Shown here one piece after another: positions 1 through 32,310 of a DNA stretch of 64,000 nucleotides (position 1 is the stretch's first letter; the number at the start of each line of letters is the position of its first letter). Below the pieces are notes generated by a model, which had not been told where the DNA came from, made no database searches, and was given only the letters and a program-made list of their open reading frames with translations. Location of the stretch: NCBI GenBank assembly GCA_012295275.1, contig CM022670.1:3782001-3846000 (forward strand), written 5' to 3'. The position numbers and the translations under genes were made by a program. This DNA is from Chrysomallon squamiferum. Taxonomy: Eukaryota > Animalia > Mollusca.

Positions 1-248
1 CTCAAGACTGAGATAATCTCTGTGTTAAATTTTGATTAAACATTTATCAATGTTTTCAACACGTTCTCGAAATGGGTTAGATGGGTGCTGTGCTTAGATA
101 GGTACTGGGGTGCACTGGGCGGCGTTTGTGGGGGTGAGAGATCTCTGGGTGTGGCGCTCTGTTTGTTGTCGAATGCCGGATGCGGTGTTTAGAGATTTTC
201 ACACAGGAAGTCAGGGGTTAAATTCGTCCACTGATAAGGTAAGGTCCC

Positions 249-249
<1 letters not shown>

Positions 250-333
<84 letters not shown>

Positions 334-362
334 GCTCTCACACTCTCTCTCTATCTCTCTCT
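250..362. repeat. (CT)n microsatellite
   Basis: Directly visible. Confidence 0.95.
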
Positions 363-1074
363 CCGTATATTTTTCTCTCACTTTCTTTCTCTCTCTTCTT
401 TCTCTGTTTTCCTCACTCTCTTTATCTTTCTGACTGTCACATCCATACGTCAATCTGTCAGTCTGTCTGTACATAAATCACTTTCGCTCTCATTGTCGTT
501 CTCTCATCTGTACTTAAATATACAACATGTATTGATCGATTCGTTCATGTATCCAGTCATCTATCTACATACACTGTGTATATATCCGCGTTTGTTTCCT
601 TTTATACACGAAGTTATTATTACTTTGGCGACTTCAATGAATGATTTTATGTACGTTTAAGATGTATTCTTTTACTCTCACAAAACATTACATCAATTTA
701 CTTAACAATAATAAAGTCCTGAAAAGCAGGATATTTACTTTTTATACGGATTTTCTTTTTTTTTTCTTTTTTTCTTCTTTTTTTGAAATTGTGATCAGAT
801 CTGTTTTGTTTATGTCGTTATATTCTATATCCAGTTCGAGGTTAAGATTTATATTTGACATCATGTATAGTTTATATAAGAAATACATTTAAATAGATGT
901 ATATTTAAATATACGACCGAGTACAGGAATTAATTATAACTGTCAGCTGTTGCTTGTGGAAGTCAGTGCGCCTAATTACACAGACAAGTGTAGAAATTAG
1001 TGTATGAAGTACCAGAACAACTGTGAATGTTGTTTACCTAGTCAGCTTAATGTGAAATTACGTAAACTGCATGA

Positions 1075-1439
<365 letters not shown>

Positions 1440-2638
1440 TATGTATAATATGTACATTCTAATATCCCAACTATTATGATGTATAAACTAAATACGTGTA
1501 ACTTGCACTTGATAACAAACGACAGTAAACATTTATTAATAATGAGCTTAGAGCCTCTGGAGCTTATACGCGATAAACAGATTAGATAAAAAAAAAATTG
1601 GGAGGCAACACTGGGAAAGAATATAAGTTAATAATTAACACAAGGCATAATGAACAGAGAATTGGATGTCGAACACGATACTTTATTTGATATAACATTA
1701 GTTACAAATCATAAGTCTATTCAGCTGCATGTCGCATCTGTCTCTCTAATATCAGTTTGTCTGTTTATTTATCTGTCTATCTGTTTCTGTCTCTCTTTTT
1801 CTCGTCTCTCGTAATCTTTCTATCTACCTATCTCAGACGCACACACAGACAGACACGAACGCCCCTACAAACTTATAAACCTACACCAATAAACTCGCGC
1901 GTGCGGACACCCACGCAGTCCTATCTGGTCTGTTTTTGGATTTTCATTTATTTGCCATTATTGCTGCTTTAAGCGATACTTTTATAACTGACTGCATTAA
2001 TAAAAAAAATGATAAGGAAAAAAAAATACAACCACTAACCAAACAAAAAACGAGCAAAAACAACATTAAGATAACATCTAGTTTTTCATTTTTACGTATT
2101 TTATATATGTATTGACTTTTTTTGTTTGTTTTTCGGGTTTATTTTGTTGTTGTTGTTGTTGTTGTTGTAGTTGTTTTGTATGTTATCTTGTTGTTGTTAT
2201 TTTAGGTGGTTTTGGAGGGTTTTTTTTTTTTGGTTTTCGTTAATTTATTTATATTATGCTGCTTCTATCGTTCAGACCACAACTGTTACATGTTCTGCAG
2301 CTACATCACTAACAGGCCTACTTCACAAACACACACACCACAGCAGAGCTACTGCTTCTTCCGAACCGACGCAGTTGTACATTTTAACGGTGTAAACTGT
2401 CCTCTGTTCCCAGTGAAAGAAAAACACTGTTTGTTGTTGGCTGGAAACAATAGCGTATTCACAGGTCGATACGGCAAACACAATTCGTTTCTGACAGTTT
2501 GTCATGACAACAAAGAAAGCTTTGAAGAGATACATCATGACAGTTTCCTTATTTGTGAATAGTCAGTGTATGGTTATGACCTACTAAAAAAAGATAACAG
2601 ATTTCAAAAATATAAATGAAATCTAGCTTTATTTAGCG

Positions 2639-2640
<2 letters not shown>

Positions 2641-2704
<64 letters not shown>
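2641..2704. repeat. (TC)n microsatellite
   Basis: Directly visible. Confidence 0.95.
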
Positions 2705-2706
<2 letters not shown>

Positions 2707-2926
2707 GTTTAACGTATTTGTGTTTTCTGGTACATTGTTTGTCATTTGTTGACATTTCAACGACTTCGTCTTTCCGTTACTCTGTCTGTCTGTGTCTTAT
2801 ATAAAGCCGGAGTAAAAAGTTAAACATTACTTTATTTTCTGAACTTTCCACTGTATCGAACAAATAAATAAATCTCTACGTGATAGGTTATAAATGACGT
2901 AGTCATCTAGTTGCAAGATAATGAGT

Positions 2927-2963
<37 letters not shown>

Positions 2964-3568
2964 TTATTATTATTATAATTATTATTATTATGATTCGTAA
3001 AAATATACAAGTCGTTTCATACGATTAATATTATATAAAAAAACAACACTTAAAATGACCTCTGACCCCAAAGTAAGGTCGTGTATATCAAGTATCATGC
3101 TGTCGTGCTTCTAAGCAGTGTGTCACCGCTGACAAAGGATGACGTCAGCTGACGGTTAACTATTTGAACTTGACCGAACATGCAATATAACTGAAGATAT
3201 ATTATAAATGCACTGAATGAGCCTGCATGTTAAAATACCGCTCTTTTCAAATACCTAATATGTCATTTATCAGTTTTGACTGCACGACACTCGTTATATC
3301 TATAGTGTGTATTTATGATCTGCTTGTTTAGCACGAACAATGAACATTAAATAAAAATAGTTTTTGGAAGAACAATAGAGCTTTGTCATTTCTGCTGCAT
3401 GCTGCGACTCAAAGGATAAAATGATAAAGGATCTGCGTGCGAGAGAGCGACAGAGAGACAGATCGACAGACACACAAAAAGAGACTGTATTAAAAAAAAT
3501 TAAGAAAGAAAGAAAGATACATTACGAAATACAGCACATTCAGCAAAGAGGAGAGATTTAGAGACACG

Positions 3569-3771
<203 letters not shown>

Positions 3772-5268
3772 AAATAAGCAAAATAGTGATACTGTAATAA
3801 AAATAATAATTTCGTAACGTGCTGTAGTCGACGTAGCTAGAGATGACGACAAACAAAACATTTGTCTGTTTCGTTCATTCACTTGTCACTACTACTTAAT
3901 GGCGCAGAACCGGATGCTGCCAACATGTTCTGATTTATTAATAATGCCTTTCCATTATCACACACGAGTAACTGAAAGAAGATGCTTGTTATTCTTTGTT
4001 GCTGCTGTTGTTGTTTTGTTTGGTTTATCGATTTCATTTTGTTCTGTTTATGTTCACGAGTCTGTGTTGTGTACGTGAATGCGTAGGTACCATTGTGTGA
4101 TGCGTTCTGTATTTGTTGTCTATGATGACATTTTGTACCTTTGTCTGTACGTACATTTGTGCTACGTGCGTTAAAACAAAGGTCTGTACGTATCTCTGTT
4201 TGCCGTTGATTGATTGTATAGAATGCTTTATTATAGCGATGTAAATGAAATAAATGAAATAAGATCTGCTTAAAGAAAACAAAGAAACAAAAATAATGTT
4301 AAAAATATATAACCATAAATTGTGTTTTATTCTTCTTCATATTTTTTTGTCCCCTTAGTGTTTTTCTATTTATTTTAGTGACAAATGGAGACTGGTATAA
4401 AGACATTAACCTTTCATTATTTCTTTTTTCTTCTTCTTTTTTTCCATCCAGATTTTAAATTCTTCTTCTACCTTGTCTAGAAGTTAATTTAATTCTAGAA
4501 AAGATATATAAATGATATCTAAAAAATACGTCTTATTTACAGTGTCTTAAAATTTATCCGGTATTCTGTGTAATAGCTGTTTATACCGTTTAACGGTAAA
4601 TAAATAAATAACGATGATAAAGGATTTTTTGACAGCTATATTTGATAAATGAAATAAAACCGAGTCCACAACCTTGACAGTTTAATCTTTTTATTTTTTT
4701 ATACGTCGTCCTGATGTTTATATTTTGTCCACATCATATATGCGTTTTATTCGTCAGCCGTTATATAAATTATTATACCACTGTGACGTATATAATTACG
4801 TCACAATGGACATTTTTCAAACGATAATGTAATATATTTATTATAACATTTTACGTATGCAAATGCTGCTAGGGAAAATTACTACTTTCTTTTGCTGCGT
4901 GGCCTATGTATTTGCTGTTTTTGTTTATACTGTGTCAGTTATACGTATGCAATGATGAAATTGTTTTCCTTATATATTTAATGTTTGTTCTAAAAATTTC
5001 TTTGTTGAAAAAATTCATTATTAATCTGTTTATCAGTAGATATTGATTTGGTATTACAAAACTTAAATGAAACTTTATAAAAAAAAAAAAAAAAAAAAAA
5101 AATATCTATTTATCTCTCCCTTTTTCACTTTCTCTGTCTCTGTCTCCCTCTGTCTTTTTTTTTATGTCTCCCACTCTCTGTCTTTCTCTTTCTGTCTCTC
5201 TTTCTCGCCGTCTCTCTCACTTTTTTCATGCGCTCTCTCTCTCTTTGTCTCATTCTCTCTGCCTCTTT

Positions 5269-5404
<136 letters not shown>

Positions 5405-5676
5405 AAACACACAAACATATTTCATTGTTTGCTGTATGTAATTAATAACCACATCCTGGATTAAGTTAATATATTTCATCAGCTGACAACAGTTACCTTT
5501 AGCGGTCAAGTTAATATGACAGTGACAGGTAGCCATGTTGTTCGTGACATGTCAAGCGTGAAGGTCTTTCGCATGACAATAAATCAAGCGTGGTTTACAA
5601 CTAGTGTAATTGTTTCAGCTATGGGGTAAATTAATAATAAGCGTGTAGAGTGTTCCGCTATAGCACATATACACGT

Positions 5677-5771
5677 ACTTAATAAAACATATGCACATAA
5701 CATAAATACATAAACTTAATAAAACATATGCACATATACTTAATAAAACATACATGCATAAACTTAATAAA
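5677..5771 (+). repeat. Short tandem duplication ACTTAATAAAACATATGCACATA, 3-4 copies
   Basis: Directly visible. Confidence 0.75.
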
Positions 5772-8700
5772 GTATTACATAAATTTTTATAATTTAATAT
5801 ACCATCGCTGACTATTTTTTTTTTTTTTTTTTGTATTGTTTATTTTAACAGCAAAGCTAAAAATTAAATATATAAATAAAAACGAAAAAATAAAAATAAA
5901 GAAATAAATTTATCATCCTCAGCTTTCTAATTTTTGCTTCATTAAAAAAAATATATATGATATTAAAATAATGTGTTCTATTATCGTAATAATGGGTTTT
6001 TGTGTGTTTGTTTTTGTTGTTACGGTAAGGTGCAAACACAAAAGTTCTTGCTGCTAATAATTTTTGATAACATTAGTTCGCATATAATTTCACCACATTA
6101 CAGCTTAAAAGACATTCACAAAGGAATATAAGTGCTAGATACAGGTAAAATTTGACCTAAATAAAAAACAAAACAGCCTCCTGTGACATCTAATGTCACA
6201 TCTAGAATATGCAGTTGTTGACATGAACGAGATTTGTGAGAAATGGTGGCATTTGCAAATACTGGAACGAGTGTCATATACCCGAAATGCACTTTGTTCC
6301 TTACTGATGAACTTTTCGACTGACGTCCGTCTGCAACTACGACTGCGGCAAAAACAATGATAAATATAATCACGCTTTATTTACTTGCTGACAGGCAAAC
6401 AAAGAAATTTAAATAAATTCCTAGAAACGCTAATTCCGAGATTCGTCCTGTCGGTCAGAATGTAACCCTGTCGTACGCTGGTTTTTTATTTATTTATTTC
6501 TTTAGAGGGATGCTGGTGGGTTTTTGTTTGTATTTCCCCCCCCCCACTGACAAAGTTACAGCACTAAACAAATCGTAGATCTTCTTTTAAATTTAATTTA
6601 TTCTGAATGAGAGATGCACTTAACGATAGACGTAACAGTTAGCTACAAGTTTAAAATTACATACTCCTGGTTGTTTAAATCTTATTTTAGTAACCATTTT
6701 GAATATTCAAGGCTCTCTAGAGTTCACTGTCTACGAATCTGGGTTGTATGCACAAGACAGTGTTAGCATGTTAGGGAGAAGGAAAAACTAATCTGACACT
6801 TTTCCGATTAGCATTCGCACGTGAACGAGTCACGAACGTAGAAGCTACCATTCTTACGTAATTGCGTTGATTAACTTTCATCGGTAAGACAAAAGGAAAT
6901 TTATTTTGCACACTGCACCTGGTTTTTTTGCAATTTTCTGCGACCAGAGATAATTGGTCTTTTGTTCAATGAATATATCATTTAGAAAATGTATATTTGT
7001 TTCTTTCCTGGTGTTTGTGTGAAATATATCTTAGCTAATAAGAGGAATTTTAATGCGTCAAAGAATATGGAAGTGATGACGTCAAACATTTTAAAATGTC
7101 AAAGCGGAAAGAAATATCTATCTGTTTATTTTATTTTATTTTATTTTATTTTATTTTCACATTCTTTAATCTCTGATTTTATAGCGTTATAGCATAATAA
7201 TTACATTGTTAAAATTATTATTGATATTATGCATTTTTTTATTGTAATTACGGTCTTCTGCTGGTTCTAAATTCATAAAGGCGCTTTAAAACAAAAGAAA
7301 AAACAACAAATAAACAAATAAACAAACAAATAAAGATAAAGTTAAAAAAACAACAAAAACGTGGCCATTTCCATTGAGCGGTTATCACAAGTCACACTGC
7401 ATAAACGCGGCTTTAACGACAAAGCAGAAAGACAAATGTGGCATGCGAGGAAACGAGGAAATGAGCGATTGTTCACCACATGCAATGTGACTAGTTTCGC
7501 TGTGAGCGGTCAAAGTCTGCCAGAAACATTGTGAATCCTTTAAAATGACCGAAAACAAATGTGCTTGTTGTCTGTTGCATGCAGTTATGAAACACAGACT
7601 GGTACAATGGCCATTAACCTTATTTTGACTGACATTATTTATCATAAAATGTGGAAAATATGAACATCAGCGACTGGTTGTGTGACAGCGTATGTATGTC
7701 TGTATCTACATGTGTATGTGCGTATGAGAATGTGTGTGTGTGTGTCTGAGAAGGGAAGAAGAAGAGAAGACAGACAGACAGACAGACAGACAGTATAGAT
7801 GCACGTGTGCAGAAAGAATGAAATGCAAGAAACTTTGATTCTCTTTATTTTCATTCCTTCGTTCTTTCTCTTTAGATAAATGTTTTAAAATCATTTGTAG
7901 CCTCAACAGCTATTAGTATGGTAGCCCATGCCACTAGTACTCGACTGATAACGACTGTTGTTACTACTACCACAATCCATGCTCGTTTTACTGCTACTAC
8001 CACGGCTGCTACTGTTGCTATGTCATGTATGTTGTTGTTGCTGCAGATGCTGCAATATCTTTTGAATCTGTTTTTTCAACTGAGACTAACACAACAACAA
8101 AAAGACAAAGAACAACATATATATATACATTGTTCTTTGTACTTTATTGTTGTGTGGTATTGTGGGGGATTTTGTATTTTGTATTATTTTGTTTTTTATT
8201 CTTTATATATTTTATTCTTTTTTTTAACTTTTTTATTTTATTTATTTATTTATTTGTTTGTTTTTATTTTTTATTTTGTTGTTGTTGTTTGTATATATGC
8301 TGACTATACTGACGTCAAATGTATCAAAAACATGATGTTACTAAACGTTTTCTCTGTTCTGTTACGTAGATGTAAACATTTTTCAGCATATTATTTCTAT
8401 TACTGAGTAATATTTCTGTTTCTGATCTTTTTACACTGCGAAGTTTGTATCACGTAACCAGGACGTCACATAAATCTGGCTGGTTTATAACCAGGACAAG
8501 TGTCAGACACTTCTTGATAGAAACAAACTGACACTGGTCAGCGCGAGTAGCTGTCATAAAATCCTTCTCAGCACATAAACAAAACCACTTTGATTAAAAG
8601 CGACACAAGATGGAAAAGACGCATAGTCTTTGTTACAGGAAGCGTAGCCTATATTATAAAGGACAAAAGAAAATTTAAGTTATGATGGAGCTTATTATTA

Positions 8701-9779
8701 ATTAGAAACAAAATAAGATAGACATTTCACACAGTATTCGACACAGAAAAGGGAATCTATATTGTTAAATGGAGAAAAGAATGTGCAAGATGTCACATAG
8801 TTTTTTACAGACACAAAAATAAAACTATTAATTTTAAAACCAAATAAGATTTTGTTAAAAGAAATCGAAGCCTTTAAAGATTAAACGCAAAAGAGGATTT
8901 AACATATGATTTTGCGGAGTGTTTTGTTTGTTGTTTTATTTTTTTTCTGTGTTTGTGGTGGGTTTTTTTTTTTTTTTTTGGAGGGGTTGAATTTGAAGTA
9001 GACACAGAAGTAGAATACTGAGCTTTGGATTTGTTTTTGTGGTGTTTTTGTGTTTCATTGTGTTTTATTGTGTGTGTTCTTGGGGTTTTTTTGTGGGGGT
9101 TTATTGGGTTTATTTGTTTATTTTGTTTCTTAAATAACTGAAGTGAGCATCGGGAAAGAAAGCCTAAAATGATGATGATGATGATGACTACAATCGCTGA
9201 TGATGATGACAATGAAAAACAAATTTAAAAAAATAATTAAACTACAAAATGATTCCGCTGATAAGAACTTTGAAGACATACTAGAATTTAAATCTTATAA
9301 TATTATTTATATTATAAGTTAATATTTAAATTTAATCCAGATCACTTACTAAACACACACACACTCACAGACACACAGACACACACACACACACACACAC
9401 ACAACACGCTCTTACTAACATATATTTATATAGGCCAATATAAACAACCAAAAGTAAACAATGCCATACATAGAATTCATGAACCCAGTTTGATCCGAAC
9501 CTGTAAGTATTTCTATATATCACTGAAACTGGGACGCTATGACCTTCTTTTGAGAAAAGGGTCACCGTTTAATTTGTCTCTGACCTTTTGGCACCTTAGT
9601 GCCTGCTTCATAGATGGGGAGGTTTTAAAGAAGGCCATTTTAATGATAATGAATCTGATAGAGAGACAGAGGGACAGACACACAGAGAACTGTAACAAAT
9701 GTATAACTGACAAAGAATGAATGATTAAATTATTGTGATGAAGTTTAATCGTAGAATAGAGGCCATCCTAAGATTTGTT

Positions 9780-10248
<469 letters not shown>

Positions 10249-10840
10249 CGAAATAGTCTTTGATACCCAGACTTATTTCTGATTGTTAACAAGTGGGTGC
10301 CATCCGCCAAACTTGTCACTAATCTTTGTCCCTTTATTTTTTTATATATTTTTTTCTTCTTCTTCTGTTTTCTTCCTGATCTACTGGCGACACATTATTC
10401 AACCAATGTACGATTAGCAACTATTTCAGTCCTACCTTATGACGTTTTCCTCAATGTTCAAAGTGACAGTCTTTTTGTGTCTATTGTTTGCTATAGCATT
10501 TCTCCTTCCTTTTTTTAGACGTGTTTTTGTTTTGTTGTTATCGTTGACGTACGTAGCCTTCGCTCTGACATTTCAGTACCACGGCGTAGCCGCTCTGTTC
10601 AGCATTAGCACGAGTCGCCCCCGTCGTAAAAATGGCCATGAAAAAAAAACATGCGGCCGTAACAAAGAAAAACTAAATGTTTCTTAACCTTTCCTTGCTT
10701 GTTCGTCCCACGCAACCCATACACACACACACACCCTCTGAACCCATCCGTGCGTCACAACATTTCGTTAAGATAAATAAACGACTTCAACTTTCACCTC
10801 AAATGCTTCTCCGTTGTTCCCTAAAATGACCAGTCGTTTA

Positions 10841-10879
<39 letters not shown>

Positions 10880-11289
10880 ATGATTGAAAAATTGATTATC
10901 TTGTGGTTTATCTAATACCATTCCCTGGAACTCTGTATCTAGAACAAAATAATTTGCAGTCTGATTACCCGTCTTGAATGTTCTATTTCAGACCTAGAAA
11001 CTATAGACACATAGAGAATCACAATACGAGCTATTGAAATCATACAAAATAGTAGTAATAATAATAATAACCAGAAGAAGAAGAAGAAGAAGAAAAAGAA
11101 AAATATATAAATAAATTTCATTTCCCAGTTTTTAATCTAACATCTTAGTATCCAATACAATGTTATTTCCGAGCATGAATCTTTTACGCCGGCACCTAGG
11201 CACTTTCATAGTCATTATCAAAATACCGTTACCGAAACAAGTACAGGCAAACTACCAAACCACGCTCACCTTCAAACCACCTCAAATCC

Positions 11290-11436
11290 GTCACCAGTCA
11301 TTCCATTACTCCAACCTCCACTCACACCGCTGCTCACGTCGTTACTCAAACCACGACTCACACTATTGCTCACATCGCTACTCACACCGTTACTCAAACC
11401 ACAACTCAGATGATTATTCAGACCGTTACTAACACC
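11290..11436 (+). repeat. Diverged 12-bp tandem repeat (ACTCACACCGCT-like)
   Basis: ACTC/GCTC recurs every 12 bp about 12 times. Confidence 0.7.
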
Positions 11437-11679
11437 ACAGTCTGCAGATAACTACAAGACTACATCACTTTCTTGTTTTTTCCCCCGAAACTTCACCGTC
11501 ATCATCATCATCATCACACCACCCACATTTGATCTTGTCCGTCTACAACACCACTCTGACTACCACCCCATCCCCCCATTACCCCCACCACCCTCCCCCC
11601 TCTTAGCTGCCCCCACCTACCTTGTCACTCATAACAGATCAAAGGTTAGTATCGTTAAAGCAAGACCGTCGCAAACACT

Positions 11680-11890
11680 CTGTGACGTATCCGTCAACGT
11701 ACGTCGCTGCGATTTCGCTCACGTCGCACCGGCGAATGACTTCTACAGGCGTGACGTCACCGCCATGTCTACCTCCCCCAGTGACTCTGTGGCTTTATAT
11801 TCCAGGATCTTCTTTGGTGGACAACAATTGATGTTTATCCGCACAAGCAACAAGACCTAGGTGGAAGAGGACAAACAAAAGAAAACTTAG
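11680..11890 (+). promoter_or_regulatory. Probable promoter and non-coding first exon of the SLC26 gene
   Basis: CpG-rich patch with the palindromic CRE GTGACGTCAC (11751-11760), a TATA-like TTTATAT (11794-11800) and a strong donor TAG|GTAAGT at 11890/11891. The matching acceptor TTTTTACAG ends at 13401, just before the ATG at 13445. Confidence 0.6.
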
Positions 11891-12344
11891 GTAAGTTTTG
11901 AAAAAGAAAAAAAAAAATAAAAAAAAAAAAAAAATACGACTTCTTATATGTTTGTTAAATAACGATGAAATATTTTAAAAGGTGAGATATGTAGTTAGAA
12001 ATGATTATGTATTTTGTTATGTGGATTATGTTATGTTATATTTATTTATTTATTTATTTATTTATGAAAATTTAAATAATAATAAGAAAAGGCAGAAAAT
12101 AAGTAATTATTTTAGTAGTAGTAGTAATGAATAACATTGTCGAAAAAAAAAATAGAAAGAGTTATAATATCCTTTAAGTTTTGGTATGAAAGTTCCGTAT
12201 TAAATATATTATATAATGATGTATTTCAAGAATTTACGTTTGTAAGCAATTACTTGAAGGCGCATTTATTAACTACCAGGAACTTTTTCATTGTGCTTTT
12301 CTTTTCTTCTTCTTTTTTTTTTTTTTTTTTCTTTTATTTTAATT

Positions 12345-12403
<59 letters not shown>

Positions 12404-12966
12404 AACTATTCCTGTTCCAACCACTTTGCACATTTAAAATTTAATTTTTCGATATGTCAACATAGTTTCTGCAAATTATACAGCGAAATGTACGTTAGCT
12501 CAAATTAAATGAATATAAATAAATAAATTAAAAACGCTCGTAAATTTTCTAGACCTAATCTTCTGTCACACTAACACTATTATAAATAAACCAGACTCCT
12601 AAACTGCATCCCATGACATGCATGCTTAAACATTTAGTAAGGCGTAAGCAAAACTTCAAACGGTTGATTGACTGATGGTACTTGCATCGTTCTTCCGGGT
12701 TAAATAATACTTAATATGTTTCGTCTTTAGAGAAGTTAAACTTCTTGGCTTGCCTTGTCTTGGGTCCCGTTCTCGGTTAATCTATTAACAAAATTAATCA
12801 CATGACACACGTGAATTTAATTCACGGTGACGTAATCCTCATGTGATGCTAACTGCCGCGGTTTGTGACAAACAGGCACGAAAAGGAAAACGTGTTTCTT
12901 AAGACGACAAGTTGCGCATAACTGACCTTTCTTGCAAGAAAGACAAATTTTTCATTCCATATTTTT

Positions 12967-13016
<50 letters not shown>

Positions 13017-13444
13017 CAATATTGTTTACCAAGTAAATCTGTTTATACGTCCTCTGATCATGTAGCATTACATTCACATATCTTTCATGTTTAAATATAT
13101 ATTTATTTTACATTTCCATTGTGCACTGTTACCCTAATGTATAGTATTTCCAGCTCCAACCTGTGCTTCTGCATAAAAGATTTCCTTGTTAAATAAACAA
13201 ACTATTAAAGATGAGAGTCTCCATGATTAGGCTTCCATCAGAATTTACCGAGATGCTTAAAACAAATAATTATATTCTTATTATTTACTTACTTACTTAC
13301 TTACTTAATTAATTAATTAGTTTACTTATTTATTTGTTTACTTGTTTGTTTGTTTATTTATTTATTTATTTATTTAACTATTGGTTCATTCATTTTTACA
13401 GGTGCTTAATTAATACTGTCGTCTGACAATTTAGAGAAGACACA

Positions 13445-29117
<15,673 letters not shown>

Positions 29118-30460
29118 ATATAAAAGATGCCCTGTCCATTACAACAACGCAGTACATTCCATATCAGTTTGAGAGAAGACTACAGACTCTCTGTGTGGAC
29201 AACACTACAACCAGTAGCTCTAAATGCCAAAGTGACCTTTTGTTTACGAAAACTGTGGCGAAAATCAGTTTCAGTCTTCTGAAGCTTACAACAAAATGTA
29301 AATTACAAATAACAGTTGGCCTAATAAAAAAATAAAAATAAAAAAAATATAATAAATCAAAAAATTAAATAAATAACAAAAATTAAAAAGAACAGCCAGT
29401 AACTCTGATACTTTCTAGACAGAATTTGTGAAACAGTTTAACTTTCTTTACCTCTGTAATTCACTGGTGTAATCCTGTCAGTTTTATTTTCTTCCATAGT
29501 AATTTTTTTTTTTAAAGATTTATTAACCTCATCTCTTATTTACACAGTCTATGTTCAATGTACTTAGAAAATTAGGCTTAAAATCCAATATGAACATGTG
29601 TTATATTCATTCTTTGGTCGATATAAAAAATTCAACTTGACATTTCATTAACAATTCCAAACTGAACTTCAGAATAATGTAGTATACAACTTGACTCCCC
29701 AATAAATTTCAATATGAATTTGAAAGGACATTTGAGCAGATGTACAGAATTTCGTATTTAATTCATGGAGGACTTCAGTGAATTGCAGTATTCAGTATCT
29801 GTTTCACAATGGAAATCAAAAGCAAAAAACATTAATTAAAAATCGAAACGAAGATTATAATTAGTTGTATATCTATCAAAGATGAGATGGTTTATTTATT
29901 AGACACTGTGCAAGACAAAGCATAAAACAAAAAAATATCAATGAAGAACAAACAGATCGCGACTGAAGGAACCAAAACAAGGCCACTAGATATCAACATT
30001 CCACATACAGTACACTTATTCGTATATATACACGAACTGTTGTACGAAGTATTGACTTAAAAAATCACAAAGTTGTGTGATATAGAGACCAAAAAACAGA
30101 AAGAGTAGTATATAACGCTGTCAGTGTACTTTTCGCAGTTTCACCTTGGGACAGCAAACTTACAAACTGTATATAATATTTGTTTACATTTTTTGTTTCA
30201 TGTTCTGTTTATATTATAATGTATGTTTTAAATCACTATGCAAGAGTATATTATGCTTACAGATACGTTGATAGAGTTTAAATAATTCAAAATACTTAAT
30301 CAAGACCAAAATTTCGCTAAAGTCAAATTAGTTTTATTGCTTATAAAATTCATTTTAAATTGATTTGTATTTATATATATATTTATTTTTTTTTGTATAG
30401 TCGTTATGATGAAACGTTTTATTATGCTAATTTCGATTTTTTCGGTTATTATTATTATTA

Positions 30461-30495
<35 letters not shown>

Positions 30496-30747
30496 GTCAA
30501 CAGTTGAAGTGTTATTTCTTTTTCACCAAGCTTTAATTTTCGTTTAATTACTTTCAGTATGTTTACATCAAAATTATTGTTAAAATCAAAGGATGCATTT
30601 TCTTTTCTAATGTGAATGTTACCGTTCTTAGACATTGTGATATTAAAACTATTGTTTCTGTTGTGGTATTTGATCGTACGCGTCGAACATAATTATTACA
30701 AAACTTGGTATTTTTCTGTTTCTGCTTTATTTTATTTTATTTTAATA

Positions 30748-30825
<78 letters not shown>

Positions 30826-30906
30826 GTTTCAATAATTAATTAATTTAATGTTACTTCTAATGTTGTTACTGTTCTTATTTATTCATTTATTACTATTACT
30901 ATTACT

Positions 30907-30966
<60 letters not shown>

Positions 30967-31277
30967 AACAGATTTCAATAACCTCATTATAAAAGCTGGA
31001 AAAAAGATAATTTAAAACAGAAACTTAAAATATTTATATATACAGCCATTAATATTTTCTTATACTTTTAAATGCTGTGAATAGCGTTTAATATTATCTT
31101 AAATACTATAGTTTATATACAGAGCTAATTTATATTATAAGTATAAATATTACTATGCTAGACATATTCTGAATAAATGTATTTTCGAATAATTTTAAAT
31201 TCTTAAAGAGGTATATATTATATTTTCATAATAACATATAATTCATATCATTGTTATATATATGTATGTATGTAAAC

Positions 31278-31326
<49 letters not shown>

Positions 31327-31959
31327 ATATACAGGGACAATAATTATAAAAGAAAATATAATATGTATAGGTCAGCATAAACAGGGTGCACTATTATTTT
31401 ATTACCTAATCAATTTGTTATGTAAGTAAATACTTCAAACAATTTTGTTAGTGATATTTAACCGGGCTGAATGTATAATATACTGTTATCATTTTGTTAA
31501 AACTGCAATTGAATATAACTTGTTTGTTATCTTGTTTTGTTAAATAAACCTACATTTTTATGACGTGTACATAGATATTTTTGCCAAGGAAACATATTTT
31601 TGAATATACATGTTAAGAGGTTCAGTCTCGGGTATATTATCAGGAACATATTATTTTATTAAAGGTAATATATGTTTCGATAAATTCTTGTTGTTATTTA
31701 TCTTGTGTGGGTGTCTGTTTTCATGCGCGTGTGTGCGCATATGTGCCTTGATTTTTAACAAAATAGTTTAACTGAGAAACAGCATTGACCCTCCTACTAC
31801 TATTACTACTACTACTACTATTACCATCACCACCACTACTACTGCTACTGCTGCTATTATTACCACCATCTCACCACAACCACCACTGATACTATTGCCG
31901 CTACAACTAAAAGAAACAAAATTAAATGATATTTATTTTTGATAATCATCCGAAAATTA

Positions 31960-32310
31960 TATTTCGCCTTACAGCCGTGTGTCAGAAGTGTCAGAGGACA
32001 GCGGTTTGATAAATAAAAATATAAATAAAAACAAATTCCTGTGTGTTATTATTTTATAAGCAATGCTAGAGACTCGCAATCTTACAGCCTTATTTCAGGC
32101 GTGCCAGAGGATTGCTGCTTATTATTAACAAACAAACAAACAAACAAAGCAAAAAAAAAACATTCTTACCTGCAAGGGACTCGCAATCTTACAGCCATAT
32201 TTTCTTTCATGCCAGAGAAATGGCGTCTGTTCTGTTTTAGGGCCTGCAAGAAAATTCATAATATTTCTGTATTTCTAGAGAAGCGCTGTGTTTCAGGCGT
32301 ACAAAGATGT
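31960..32310. repeat. Diverged ~105-bp tandem repeat, 3-4 copies
   Basis: The core (GACTCGCAAT)CTTACAGCC...TG(C/T)CAGAG recurs near 31965, 32070 and 32178. TTTCAGGCGT recurs near 32093 and 32291. Confidence 0.7.

Noticed and set aside
11160-11432. His/Ser/Tyr-rich 90-aa ORF
   Set aside because: It arises from the 12-bp tandem repeat upstream of the promoter, with no splice or homology support.
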